This document shows, in pieces, positions 49,935 to 59,050 of a DNA stretch of 64,000 nt (position 1 is the first letter of the stretch; each line of letters opens with the position of its first letter). The stretch is taken from the NCBI GenBank assembly GCA_023150915.1, contig JAKLKA010000002.1, positions 2,338-66,337 of the forward strand. Reading direction: 5' to 3'. The DNA is from Polyangiaceae bacterium. GTDB lineage: Bacteria; Myxococcota_A; Polyangia; Polyangiales; Polyangiaceae. The translations under genes were made by a program, and so were the position numbers. The notes beneath the pieces are model-generated. The model saw nothing but the letters and a program-made list of their open reading frames with translations, had not been told where the DNA came from and did no database searches.

Positions 49935-51134
49935 TCACCGCGCCACGTAGCGCGCGCGCGGTCTGAGCAAGAAGCCCTGTTCGCGCTGCTCGAGCGCGTG
50001 AGCAATCCAGCCCGCCGAGCGCCCCAGCGCGAACAGAGCGCTCGCGGCTCCGACCGGCAGCCCCAGCGCGATGCGCACCGCGACCAGACCCGCGTCCAGG
50101 TTCGGCGCCGGCTGCTCGGCCGCGTGCATCGCGCGCACCACGGCCTCGAGCACCTTCAGCCGGGGCGGGCGCGCGAGCGTCGCCCGCGCCCGCGCCAGCG
50201 CCAAGAGCTGTGCGCCGCGCGGATCGCCCGCCGGATAGAGCGGGTGACCGAAGCCCGCGAGGGCCTCACCGCGGCGCACGCGCTCCGCCAGCACCGCGCG
50301 GGCGCGCGCAGGGCTGCCGACCTCGTCCAGCAACGCTTCGACGCGATCCGAGGCTGCGCCGTGGGCGGGACCGCTGAAGGCCGCGAGCGCCGCCGTGATG
50401 CAAGCCGGGAGCGTGGCACCGGCCGAGGCCACCACACGCGCTGCGAACGCCGACACGTTGAGCTCGTGATCGGCGCACAGCACCAGCGCTTGCTCCACTC
50501 CGGCCACGCGCCGTTCGGTGGCCTCGACCCCGAAGCTTGCCAGCGCGGCCCGCGCCACCGTGCTCGCGCGCGCTGCGCTCGCGGCGCGGCGTGGGTCGGG
50601 TGCCAGGGCGACGGCCAGCGTGCGCACCAGCTGGCCTGCGTTCGCCAGGGGCGCACACAGCGGATCGCCGGGCGCCAGGGTGGGGGCGACGCACAGCAGG
50701 CGCTCGACCCAGGTAGTGGCCCCGGCGCTCCGGGCGACGGGAACGGTGCTCCGCATCTCCGGACGCTCCGCAGGCAGCGAGCCCGCCCAGAGCAGCGCGC
50801 ACACCGACTCGAAGGGCGTGCCCTGGCGCGCCAGCTCGACCGCCCACTGTCCGCGGTAGCGCGGTCCGCTCGCTCCGATCTCGGTGATGGACGACTCGAG
50901 CACGGGCTCGCCCCAGCGCAGCGCACCGCTCGCCACCGCCGCGTGGCCCCCGCGGGCGTCGCGTCGCGCGCGCAGCCGCAGGAGATCTGCTCGGGCGTAG
51001 AGCCGCGCGCGACCTTCGCCGGAAGGCACGCTCGTGACGAGCCCGCGGCTGGCATACGCATAGAGCGTGGGCAGCCGCACCCCAAGGAGCTTCACTGCCT
51101 GCTTCGCGCTCACGAAATCGGATGGTTGATTCAT
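49935..51134 (-). CDS. Citrate-synthase-family protein with N-terminal MerR/excisionase-like HTH
   Basis: N-terminus SAKQAVKLLGVRLPTLYAYASRGLV (HTH); CS-like core with GPAHGAAS and GFGHPLYPAGDPR. Confidence 0.75.
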   Translation of the reverse strand: MNQPSDFVSAKQAVKLLGVRLPTLYAYASRGLVTSVPSGEGRARLYARADLLRLRARRDARGGHAAVASGALRWGEPVLESSITEIGASGPRYRGQWAVELARQGTPFESVCALLWAGSLPAERPEMRSTVPVARSAGATTWVERLLCVAPTLAPGDPLCAPLANAGQLVRTLAVALAPDPRRAASAARASTVARAALASFGVEATERRVAGVEQALVLCADHELNVSAFAARVVASAGATLPACITAALAAFSGPAHGAASDRVEALLDEVGSPARARAVLAERVRRGEALAGFGHPLYPAGDPRGAQLLALARARATLARPPRLKVLEAVVRAMHAAEQPAPNLDAGLVAVRIALGLPVGAASALFALGRSAGWIAHALEQREQGFLLRPRARYVAR

Positions 51135-51139
51135 CTTTC

Positions 51140-51155
51140 AACGTTGATCAATGTT
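51140..51155. promoter_or_regulatory. Imperfect 16-bp palindrome AACGTTGATCAATGTT in the 45-bp divergent intergenic region
   Basis: Read directly; core TTGATCAA is perfect; AT-rich patch between the two citrate-synthase-like genes. Confidence 0.4.
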
Positions 51156-51179
51156 ACACTCGGAACCAGACTCCTGGCC

Positions 51180-52298
51180 ATGAGCACCGGAGCAAATGGG
51201 CTGGAAGGCGTGGTCGTGGCCGATACCGCGCTGTCCGACGTGGACGGCGAGCGGGGCGAGCTGTGGATCCGCGGCGAGCCGGTCGAGCGCCTGGCCGTGC
51301 GCCACGCGTTCGCTGAAGTGCTGGGCTTGCTCACCACCGGCGAGCTGCCCGAGCCGACCGATGGCCGTATCCCGAGCCTGCTTTCCCGAGGCCGAAGCCT
51401 GGCGCACCGGCGCCTCTCGCAGCTCGGCGACGCCATCGACCAGCCCAACGCGATGGATGCGCTGCGCGCCGGCGTCGCACACTACCGAGCCGCCGATCTG
51501 GGCCCCGGCGACGAAGCGGCCGCAGTGCTCGCCGGGGTGGTCGCGACGCTGGCCGCGGCTTGGGCGTGTCGCCAGCGCGGTGAAGAGTTGCCCGAGCCCG
51601 ATCCGGCCGCCGGTCACGCCGACGACGTCTTGCGGCTCCTGGGGGCGCGACCGGGCCCCGCCGGGCGCGCGCTCGACGCTTACTGGATCGCGGTGATCGA
51701 TCACGGGCTGAATGCGTCGACGTTCGCGGCGCGCGTGGTCGCTTCGACCGGCTCCGATCTCATCAGCGCGGTGACTGCGGCGATCGGCGCGCTCAAGGGC
51801 CCGCTGCATGGTGGAGCGCCCGGCCCGGTGCTGGACATGCTCGACGCCATCGGCAGCGAGCCGAGCGCCGAGCCATGGCTCCGTCAGGAGCTCGCGGCCG
51901 GTCGCCGCATCATGGGCATGGGGCATCGCATCTACCGCGTGCGCGATCCCCGGGCGTTGGTCCTCGAGCAAGCGCTGAGCCGCTATCGCCAGGCGCTGGG
52001 CCAAGGCGCTGACCCCGTCGTGCGGCGGCTCGAGCTGGCCCGCCACGTCGAGCGCGTGGCCACGCGGCTCCTCTCCGAACGCCACCCCAGCCGCCCGCTG
52101 GCCGCCAACGTCGAGTTCTTCACCGCGGTCCTGCTCGAAGCCATCGGGGTTCCGCGCTCGCTCTTCAGTGCGATGTTCGCCGCGTCGCGCGTGGTCGGCT
52201 GGTGCGCGCACGTGGCCGAGCAGCGCGCCAGCGGGCGACTGATCCGACCCGCGTCGCGCTACGTGGGCGCACGCAGCGGGGCTGCCCCCGCGGCGTGA
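51180..52298 (+). CDS. Citrate synthase / 2-methylcitrate synthase family protein
   Basis: ORF 49998..52298 trimmed to ATG 51180; GLNASTFAARV, KGPLHGGAPG, GMGHRIYRVRDPR, ANVEFF. Confidence 0.85.
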   Translation: MSTGANGLEGVVVADTALSDVDGERGELWIRGEPVERLAVRHAFAEVLGLLTTGELPEPTDGRIPSLLSRGRSLAHRRLSQLGDAIDQPNAMDALRAGVAHYRAADLGPGDEAAAVLAGVVATLAAAWACRQRGEELPEPDPAAGHADDVLRLLGARPGPAGRALDAYWIAVIDHGLNASTFAARVVASTGSDLISAVTAAIGALKGPLHGGAPGPVLDMLDAIGSEPSAEPWLRQELAAGRRIMGMGHRIYRVRDPRALVLEQALSRYRQALGQGADPVVRRLELARHVERVATRLLSERHPSRPLAANVEFFTAVLLEAIGVPRSLFSAMFAASRVVGWCAHVAEQRASGRLIRPASRYVGARSGAAPAA

Positions 52299-52341
52299 GG
52301 CTCACCGCTTCAGCCGCTCGGCCGCGCGCACCAGGTCGACG
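52295..52341. repeat. Left copy of the 47-bp direct repeat (orphan copy of the anti-sigma/vWA gene 3' end)
   Basis: gtgaggctcaccgcttcagccgctcggccgcgcgcaccaggtcgacg; matches 59066-59112 at 46 of 47 positions. Confidence 0.95.
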
Positions 52342-52367
52342 CGCCATGGTGCTCGGTCCCTCACGCG

Positions 52368-53273
52368 TCACCCGGCGACCACCGGCAGGCCGTGCTCACG
52401 GAGCAGGCGCGCCGCGGCTTCGAGCTCGGCGTCACCCGGAGGCGTGGTGTCGGCATGGGGATAGCGCGTGCCATACAGCGCCGCTTTTCCCGATGCGAGG
52501 CGGTGGAACGGCTGGAGCTTCACCGCCGGGACCCGCGGGCGCTGGCGCAGCCAGCGCGCGATGGCCTCGAGCTCGTCCCGCCCGGAGTTGAACCCGGGGA
52601 CCAGCGTCACGCAGAGCTCGAGCTCCACGTCGGTGGCGAGCAGCGCGTCGAGGTTCTCCAGAATCGCGCGGCCGTCGACGCCCATCACGCGTGTGATCGC
52701 CGCGGCGTCGCAGTGCTTGAGGTCGAACAAGACCAGGTCTGCGCGTTCCGCCAGCTCCGCCACGTGTCTCCGGGGCCAGAGTCCCGCGGTCTGCACGGCG
52801 ACGTGGACGTTCCGGGTCGCCAGCTCGGCCGCGCACGCGAAGACGAAGTCGGCTTGCAAGAGGGGCTCACCGCCGGAGAAGGTCACGCCCCCGCCGGTGC
52901 CGCGGAAGAAGTCGGCGTCCACGAGCACCTCGCGCACCAGCTCCTCGACGCTCAGCTCCCGCCCGACCTTGCGCCGCGCGCCCGACGGGCAGACCTCCAC
53001 GCAGCGCCCCGCGAGATCACAGCCGTCGCGCCAGGCGTCGGTGCCGTCCAGCGCCCAGGCGCCCGGGTTCCGCGGGCAAGCCTCGACGCAGCGCCCGCAG
53101 CGAATGCAGAGTGCGGCGTCGTAGGCGATCTGAGGGCGGTGCGAGGTCCCCTCCAGGTTGTGGCACCAGGGGCAGCCGAGGGCGCAGCCCTTCAGGAACA
53201 CGACTGTTCTGAGCCCGGGTCCGTCGTGGACGCAGCCCTTCGAGACGTCGAAGACGCGCCCGAGTGGGCTCAC
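52368..53273 (-). CDS. Glycyl-radical enzyme activating protein (radical SAM)
   Basis: GTG 53273 (GTGA overlap with GRE stop); DGPGLRTVVFLKGCALGCPWCHN (CX3CX2C) plus CIRCGRCVEACP ferredoxin-like motif. Confidence 0.9.
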   Translation of the reverse strand: MSPLGRVFDVSKGCVHDGPGLRTVVFLKGCALGCPWCHNLEGTSHRPQIAYDAALCIRCGRCVEACPRNPGAWALDGTDAWRDGCDLAGRCVEVCPSGARRKVGRELSVEELVREVLVDADFFRGTGGGVTFSGGEPLLQADFVFACAAELATRNVHVAVQTAGLWPRRHVAELAERADLVLFDLKHCDAAAITRVMGVDGRAILENLDALLATDVELELCVTLVPGFNSGRDELEAIARWLRQRPRVPAVKLQPFHRLASGKAALYGTRYPHADTTPPGDAELEAAARLLREHGLPVVAG

Positions 53274-55843
53274 CCGTCGGCCCCGAACTCGGCGCGGGCG
53301 ATGATGTCGTCCTGGATGGACCGCCCCAGGTCGGTGAAACACGCCGAGTAGCCGGACACCTTGACGATCAGGTCGCGATGGCGCTCGGGATGAAGCTGCG
53401 CGTCGCGCAGCGTCTCGACCGAGACGAAGTTGGGCTGAAGGTGCATGCCGCCGAGCGAGAAGTAGGTCTTCAGCATGGCGGCGAAGGTGTCGAGGCCGCG
53501 CCCGTCTTTGATGAAGTTCGGGTGGAAGCGGATGTTGAGCGCGATGCCCGATGACGCCTGGGCCGGGGGGATCTTGGCCGCGCTGCGCATGCCGGCGTGT
53601 GGGCCGCCCGTGGGCTTCACCAGGTTGCTCGGCGAGACGCCGTTCGAGATCGGCGTGCCTCGCCGCCGGCCGTCGGGCGTGGCGCCGAGGAACAGCCCGT
53701 CGACCACGTGGTTGCCCAGCGAGAAGTAGGCGACGCGGTATCGTCCGCCGCGCACGTTGCGTCGCGCCTGGACGTGACCGTGGATGCGCTCGACGATACG
53801 CAACGCGAGGGCGTCCGCCTGGGCGTCGCCGCTGCCATACTTGGGCGATTCGCGCAGGAGGCGCTGGCGCAGCGCCTCTTGCCCGGCGAAGTCGTCGAGC
53901 ACGATGGCCACGAGCTCATTCAGTCCCAGCTCTTTCCGGTCGTAGACGAGGGTCTCGATGGCCAAGAGTGAGTCCACCAGCGTCGCCAGCCCGCGCACGT
54001 CGATGGAGGTGAAATCGTACTTCGCGCCGCCGGTGGTGACGTCGTTCGCGCCCTCGATGCAGCCCTGGATCAACGCCGAGACGTAAGGTGCCGGCAGCAT
54101 CTCGGCGTGGGCCTCGTCCTTGCCGGCGATGGCCCGGACCATGGTGTCGAGCTGGTGCGAGAGCTGCCGATCGAAGGCCGCGAAGAGCCCCTCGAAGCTG
54201 TCGAAGTGCGAGGGGTCGCCGCTCGAGAAGCCGGCTTGTTGCCCGGGGGCCGCGGGTGGGAAGGCCCCGTTCGTCAGCGTGAGCATCAGTGCCGCCGGCA
54301 GCACGAAGTCGTGACCGGCCACACAGCCCTGGGTGTCGCCGTGCCCGCAGGTCTCGACGCAGCCCACGACGGTGTAGTCGCGCGCGTCCTCGTCCGAGTA
54401 GCCGTCGGCGCGCAGGCCGGGGACGATGGCCTCGTCGTTGTAGAACGCGATGCCGTTGGTGTGCCGGAAGACCTCGCAGGCGCGACGCACGAACCCTGCC
54501 GGCGTGCCGGCGTGCAGGCGCACACACAGCTGGTTCACGGCGCCGCGCATCTCCGCGTAAGCGTCGAGCGTGAGCTCGGACAGCTCGTTGGTGGCATCGC
54601 TGCCCGAGGGCGTCACTCCCCCGAGGGTCACGCAGTGCTGGCTGTTGCCGAGCACGGCGTTCGACTCCATGCCCACCTCGGGTGTCGGGCTCACGTTCGA
54701 GGACAACTTCAGGAAGTATTCCTGCAAGAGCGCGGTGGCCTCGGCGCGCTCGAGCGCGCCCGAGCGCAAGTCCTTCTGGAACAGCGGATAGAGGTACTGG
54801 TCGATGCGTCCCACCCCGAAGACATCCATCGTGCCGAACTGGATCTCGCCCACCACCTGGGTCATCCACGCAGACTGGAGCGCCTCGTGGAAGCTCGACG
54901 CGGGCAAGCGCGGGACCCTGCGGCAGTGCTCGGCGATGCGCCCGAGCCGGCGCCGCTCGTCGGCGCTCGTGGCCTCGCGCGCCTGCGCCTCGGCCAGCTC
55001 CGCGAAACGCTCGGAGTAGCGGATCGCCGCCTCCAGGCTGAGGATCACTGCCTGGAGGAACGCCTTGCCGCGCGAGTCCCCGGGGTCGAGCCGCGTGAGC
55101 TTCTCGTGCGCCCGCCGGATCAGCTCGGCCATTCCCAGCTCGACGACCTGGTCCAGGCCCAGGCACAGGTGGCCTTGCACGTCGTGGCAGTAGACGACGG
55201 GTGTCGGGTTCGCGAAGGCGAGCTCGTGACGCAGTCCGAGCAGGTTCTTCAGCCGGCGCAGGCTGGGGGGCGCGTGCAGGTTGGCCCCCAGGATCTTCTG
55301 CAGGCTGTCCCTGCCCACATAGCGAACGAAGCGGGCCGCGTCGCGCCAGCCGCGAGGGCTCGGTCGCGTGGAGACGACGCCCCAGCGCCGCCATTTGTCG
55401 GCCTTCAGGTCGTGCAGCGTGCGCCCGTCCCAGTAGGGCAAGATTTCGTTCCAGAAGCAGCTGCGGTCCTCGTCGGAGATCTTGAAGGGCTTGGCCTTCT
55501 TCTCCAGAACGTCGAGCTCCATCTGGAGCACGCGCAGGAAATCACCCCGGTCGACCGACAGCGGTGTCGACAGGAAGCGCTCGGTCTTGGTCCCTGCCAG
55601 GTGCTCGTCGGCGTAGATGAAGATGCGCTGCTTCTCCAGCGTACGCTCCAGCGCGCGCGCGGCGCGCAGGGCCGGGTCCTGTCCCTCGGTCTCCCGGTAG
55701 ACCGCCGTGTAGTGGCGGGCGCGCGCCAGGCAGATCTCGTAGTCGGCCGTGAGCAAGCGCTCCTTCATGCGGCGCACGCGCGGCGCCAACCCCGGTCGCG
55801 GTGCGGGCGCGGACACGTCGAGCGACACGCCCTGGTCGGTCAT
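53270..55843 (-). CDS. Glycyl radical enzyme, PFL2 / dehydratase-lyase-like family
   Basis: 857 aa; thiyl loop VVGCVETCGHG; C-terminal glycyl radical motif IVKVSGYSACFTDL. Confidence 0.9.
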   Translation of the reverse strand: MTDQGVSLDVSAPAPRPGLAPRVRRMKERLLTADYEICLARARHYTAVYRETEGQDPALRAARALERTLEKQRIFIYADEHLAGTKTERFLSTPLSVDRGDFLRVLQMELDVLEKKAKPFKISDEDRSCFWNEILPYWDGRTLHDLKADKWRRWGVVSTRPSPRGWRDAARFVRYVGRDSLQKILGANLHAPPSLRRLKNLLGLRHELAFANPTPVVYCHDVQGHLCLGLDQVVELGMAELIRRAHEKLTRLDPGDSRGKAFLQAVILSLEAAIRYSERFAELAEAQAREATSADERRRLGRIAEHCRRVPRLPASSFHEALQSAWMTQVVGEIQFGTMDVFGVGRIDQYLYPLFQKDLRSGALERAEATALLQEYFLKLSSNVSPTPEVGMESNAVLGNSQHCVTLGGVTPSGSDATNELSELTLDAYAEMRGAVNQLCVRLHAGTPAGFVRRACEVFRHTNGIAFYNDEAIVPGLRADGYSDEDARDYTVVGCVETCGHGDTQGCVAGHDFVLPAALMLTLTNGAFPPAAPGQQAGFSSGDPSHFDSFEGLFAAFDRQLSHQLDTMVRAIAGKDEAHAEMLPAPYVSALIQGCIEGANDVTTGGAKYDFTSIDVRGLATLVDSLLAIETLVYDRKELGLNELVAIVLDDFAGQEALRQRLLRESPKYGSGDAQADALALRIVERIHGHVQARRNVRGGRYRVAYFSLGNHVVDGLFLGATPDGRRRGTPISNGVSPSNLVKPTGGPHAGMRSAAKIPPAQASSGIALNIRFHPNFIKDGRGLDTFAAMLKTYFSLGGMHLQPNFVSVETLRDAQLHPERHRDLIVKVSGYSACFTDLGRSIQDDIIARAEFGADG

Positions 55844-57639
55844 GCGAACAGCTCCTCTTCGGTCTTCAGGGTCAAACCGTCACTATCCAAGAGGCGCGCG
55901 GCGGGTCCCTCGACCTTCGGCAGCTCGTAGGCGAAGAAGAAGCGGAACGCGCTCAGCTTGCTGCGATAGAAGCGGGCGTCGGCCTCGGATGGGTCACGCT
56001 CGAGCCCGCGCTCAGCCGTCATCGCCTGACGCAGCCATTGCCATGCGACCGCCACCGTGCCGAAGACCTCGAGGTAGAGGGTAGCATCGGCCAGGAAGAG
56101 ATCGATCTTCCCCTCGAGAGCCAGGCCGGTGAGGTGCTGCGTTACCGCCGTGAGCCGATCGAGCGCTGCCTGGAGCTGCGCGGCGTGCGCGCCCAGCCCG
56201 GCGACGCCGCGCGCTTCGCTGATGCTCGTGCCCACCTCGTCCAGGAACAGGAACATGGCCTTCCCGCCGTCCCGCACCACCTTGCGACCGAGCAGGTCGA
56301 GCGCCTGGATGCCGGTCGTGCCCTCGTGAATGGTGTGGATGCGGACGTCGCGATAGTACTGCTCGAGCGCGAAGTCGGCGCAGTAGCCGTAGCCACCCAG
56401 GCACTGGAGGCCCTGGCTCACCGCCAGGATGGCCTGCTCTGCGGGGTAGGACTTGGCCGCGGGAGTGAGCAGATCCAAGAGCAGCTCGCAGCGCTCCCTC
56501 GCGTCACCCTGCAGGGTCTGCGCGAGGTCGGAGTAGTGCGTGCACTGAAGCACCAGCGACAGCGACCCCTCGACGACTGCGCGCTGGAACAGCAGCATGC
56601 GCTTCACGTCCGCGTGCTCGATGATCGGCACCTGCGCCTGCGCGGGATCCTTGCTGGTGATGGGCCGGCCCTGCGGGCGATGGCGCGCGTAGTCGAGCGC
56701 GGCGTGGTAGGCCGCCGAGGCGATGGCGGTCGCGCCCAGCCCCACCTCGATCCGCGCCTCGTTCATCATCTGGAACATGTAGCGCAGGCCCGAGTGCGGC
56801 TGTCCCACGAGCCACCCGCGACAGTCGCCCGCGTCGCCGAGAGAGAGCTGGGTGATGGGCGCGCCGCGGTAGCCCACCTTGTGATAGACGCTGGTGCAGG
56901 TGACGTCGTTGTCGACGAGCCCGGAATCCGTGGGCCGGCGGTCGGGCACGACGAAGAGCGAGATCCCCTTGACCCCGGCGGGGGCGCCGTCGATGCGGGC
57001 GAGCAGCAGGTTGACGCCGTTCTCCGCCTGGTCGTGCCGCGCTGCCGAGATGAAGATCTTCTGCCCGTGGATCAGGTAGTGCCCCTCGGTCGTGGGCGTG
57101 GCGCGGGTGCGGATGTCGGAGAGCGACGAGCCGGCCTGCGGCTCGGTGAGCGCCATCGTGCCTTGCCACTCGCCGGCGTACATCTTCGGCAGGTAGAGGG
57201 CGCCGAGCTCCTCGGCGCCGAACGAGGCCAAGAGGTGTGCGGCCCCGGCGGTGAGAGCCGGAAAGACGCTGGTCGAGTAGTTCGCCGCCGCGAGGATGGC
57301 GCGGAACGCCGTCATCACCGTGCGCGGGATCTGCAGCCCGCCGTGCGCAACGGGGACGTCCGCGTTGATCCAGCCCCCCTGCCCGCACTCGCGCAACAGT
57401 GCCCGGATAGACGGGTGCACGCGAACCCGTCCGTCGATCAGCACCGGAGGCTCCTGGTCCATCTCGCGGAAGGGAGGCCAGAGGACCTCGCGACCGAGCT
57501 TGTGCGCCGTCGCCAGGGCGAGGTCGAAGGTCTCCCGGCTGTGGTCGGTGAAGGGCGCGTGCTCCGTGAGCGACTCGACTCCGAACTGTTCGTACAGCAG
57601 GAATTCGAGGTTCCGCGCGTCGATGACGGTGGGGGCCAT
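55840..57639 (-). CDS. Long (599 aa) acyl-CoA dehydrogenase with C-terminal extension
   Basis: TEPQAGSSLSD, GQKIFIS, YYRDVRIHTIHEGTTGIQALDL; ATGA overlap with GRE. Confidence 0.88.
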   Translation of the reverse strand: MAPTVIDARNLEFLLYEQFGVESLTEHAPFTDHSRETFDLALATAHKLGREVLWPPFREMDQEPPVLIDGRVRVHPSIRALLRECGQGGWINADVPVAHGGLQIPRTVMTAFRAILAAANYSTSVFPALTAGAAHLLASFGAEELGALYLPKMYAGEWQGTMALTEPQAGSSLSDIRTRATPTTEGHYLIHGQKIFISAARHDQAENGVNLLLARIDGAPAGVKGISLFVVPDRRPTDSGLVDNDVTCTSVYHKVGYRGAPITQLSLGDAGDCRGWLVGQPHSGLRYMFQMMNEARIEVGLGATAIASAAYHAALDYARHRPQGRPITSKDPAQAQVPIIEHADVKRMLLFQRAVVEGSLSLVLQCTHYSDLAQTLQGDARERCELLLDLLTPAAKSYPAEQAILAVSQGLQCLGGYGYCADFALEQYYRDVRIHTIHEGTTGIQALDLLGRKVVRDGGKAMFLFLDEVGTSISEARGVAGLGAHAAQLQAALDRLTAVTQHLTGLALEGKIDLFLADATLYLEVFGTVAVAWQWLRQAMTAERGLERDPSEADARFYRSKLSAFRFFFAYELPKVEGPAARLLDSDGLTLKTEEELFA

Positions 57640-57642
57640 CCT

Positions 57643-58404
57643 TCAGCCTTCCTGCCGTGCCGACAGCTCGGCGATGCACAGGGCCTGATTGCGGTCCTCG
57701 AGCCGAATCGCGTCCTCCAGGCTGCCCCCTCCGCTGTTGCAGTCGAGGGCCTCTTTCGTCAGGCGCAAGCCCAGCGCCGATTTGCTCTCCAGGTTCTTCG
57801 CCAGCGCCAGCGCCTGACCCATGAGCGCGGCGTCGTCGACGATCGCCTGTAGAAAGCCGAGCCGGTGCGCCTCTTCGGCGGGCAAGAAGTCGCCGGTCAT
57901 CAGGTAGCGCGCGGCGTTCGCCGTGCCGATGGCCCGAGGGAGCAGCCACGACGAGCCCATGTCTGCGCCGCCGAGGCCCAGGTTGACGTAGGCCGCCTGG
58001 AACCTGGCGCCCGGCGTGCCCAGGCGGATGTCGCAGGCCATGGCCATGGAGAAGCCGGCGCCGACGCACACGCCGTTGATCGCACCGATGATCGGCTGCG
58101 GGCAGCGCCGCATGCGCAGGATCAGCTCGGAGAACGTGCGCTGCGCCGTGTACGCGCTCTGGGGAGACAGACCACCCGCGGGGCTGACCAGGACCGGGTC
58201 CTTGATGTCGAGCCCGGCGCTGAAGGCGCGCCCGGCGCCCGTCAGCACGATCACCCGCGTCTCGGTGTCGTTCATGCGTTCGTCGAGGAACGCTCGAAGC
58301 TCGTCCCGCATCACGTGGTCGATGGCGTTCAAGCAGCGGGGGCGCTCGAGCGTCAGGATGGCAGTAGCGCCGTCTTGGTCGTGTCGGATCGTTTCGTAGG
58401 CCAT
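57643..58404 (-). CDS. Enoyl-CoA hydratase/isomerase (crotonase) family protein
   Basis: ORF 57643..58566 trimmed to ATG 58404; VIVLTGAGRAFSAGLDIK, AINGVCVGAGFSMAMACD. Confidence 0.88.
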   Translation of the reverse strand: MAYETIRHDQDGATAILTLERPRCLNAIDHVMRDELRAFLDERMNDTETRVIVLTGAGRAFSAGLDIKDPVLVSPAGGLSPQSAYTAQRTFSELILRMRRCPQPIIGAINGVCVGAGFSMAMACDIRLGTPGARFQAAYVNLGLGGADMGSSWLLPRAIGTANAARYLMTGDFLPAEEAHRLGFLQAIVDDAALMGQALALAKNLESKSALGLRLTKEALDCNSGGGSLEDAIRLEDRNQALCIAELSARQEG

Positions 58405-58477
58405 CGAGATCCCTCGGCGTGTATCCTGGACCCGTTCAGCCGTCGAAGGCCAGCCCGCTGGCGACGAGAGGTGAAGG

Positions 58478-59050
58478 ATGAGCCCGAGCTTCGTTCCACT
58501 GCAGGACCCGCCGTCGTTCCAGCGTTGGGCGGCCGCCCAGTGGCGCAGGCCGAACGACTCGACCATCTACGGCGCCGTCGAGCTCGACATGACCCGGCCG
58601 CTGGCGCTGATCGAACGTCTGCGCCACGAGTGGGGGATCCGGCTGACGCTCACCCACCTGGTCACGAAGGCGCTGGCCCTCGCCATCGCGAAGTATCCGC
58701 GCACCAACGTGAAGGTGCGGTTCTGGGGCAAGCTGGAGCAACGCCAGAGCGTGGACGTGATCGTGCTGGTCGCCGGAGAGGGTGGGCGCGATCTGTCGGC
58801 GCACCGCATCACCGGTGCGGACCAGCTTCCGCTGCGTGAGCTGGCGACCCAGGTCATCGAAGCCAGCGAGCGCATTCGACGCGACGAAGATCCGCAGTTC
58901 CGCCAGAGCCGTGAGCTGGTGACGCGAATGCCCTGGTGGCTGATGCGCCCCTTCCTGTCGCTCGCGAGCCTCTGCATGAACGAGCTCCACCTCGACCTGT
59001 CGAAGCTGGGGCTGCCGGTGGATCTCTTCGGCGTCGGCATGGTCACGAGC
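58478..59050 (+). pseudogene. 3'-truncated 2-oxoacid-dehydrogenase-type acyltransferase catalytic domain
   Basis: Recognisable E2-like domain up to ...DLFGVGMVTS. It then switches at 59051 into repeat-derived sequence read antisense to the vWA gene; the expected C-terminal DHRxxDG catalytic motif is missing. Confidence 0.6.

Noticed and set aside
52342-59050. Search for integrase, transposase, tRNA or terminal inverted repeats that would define the repeat-bracketed block as a classical mobile element
   Set aside because: None found by reading all six frames in and around the block. The block is therefore reported as an insertion/rearrangement footprint, not as a mobile_element feature.
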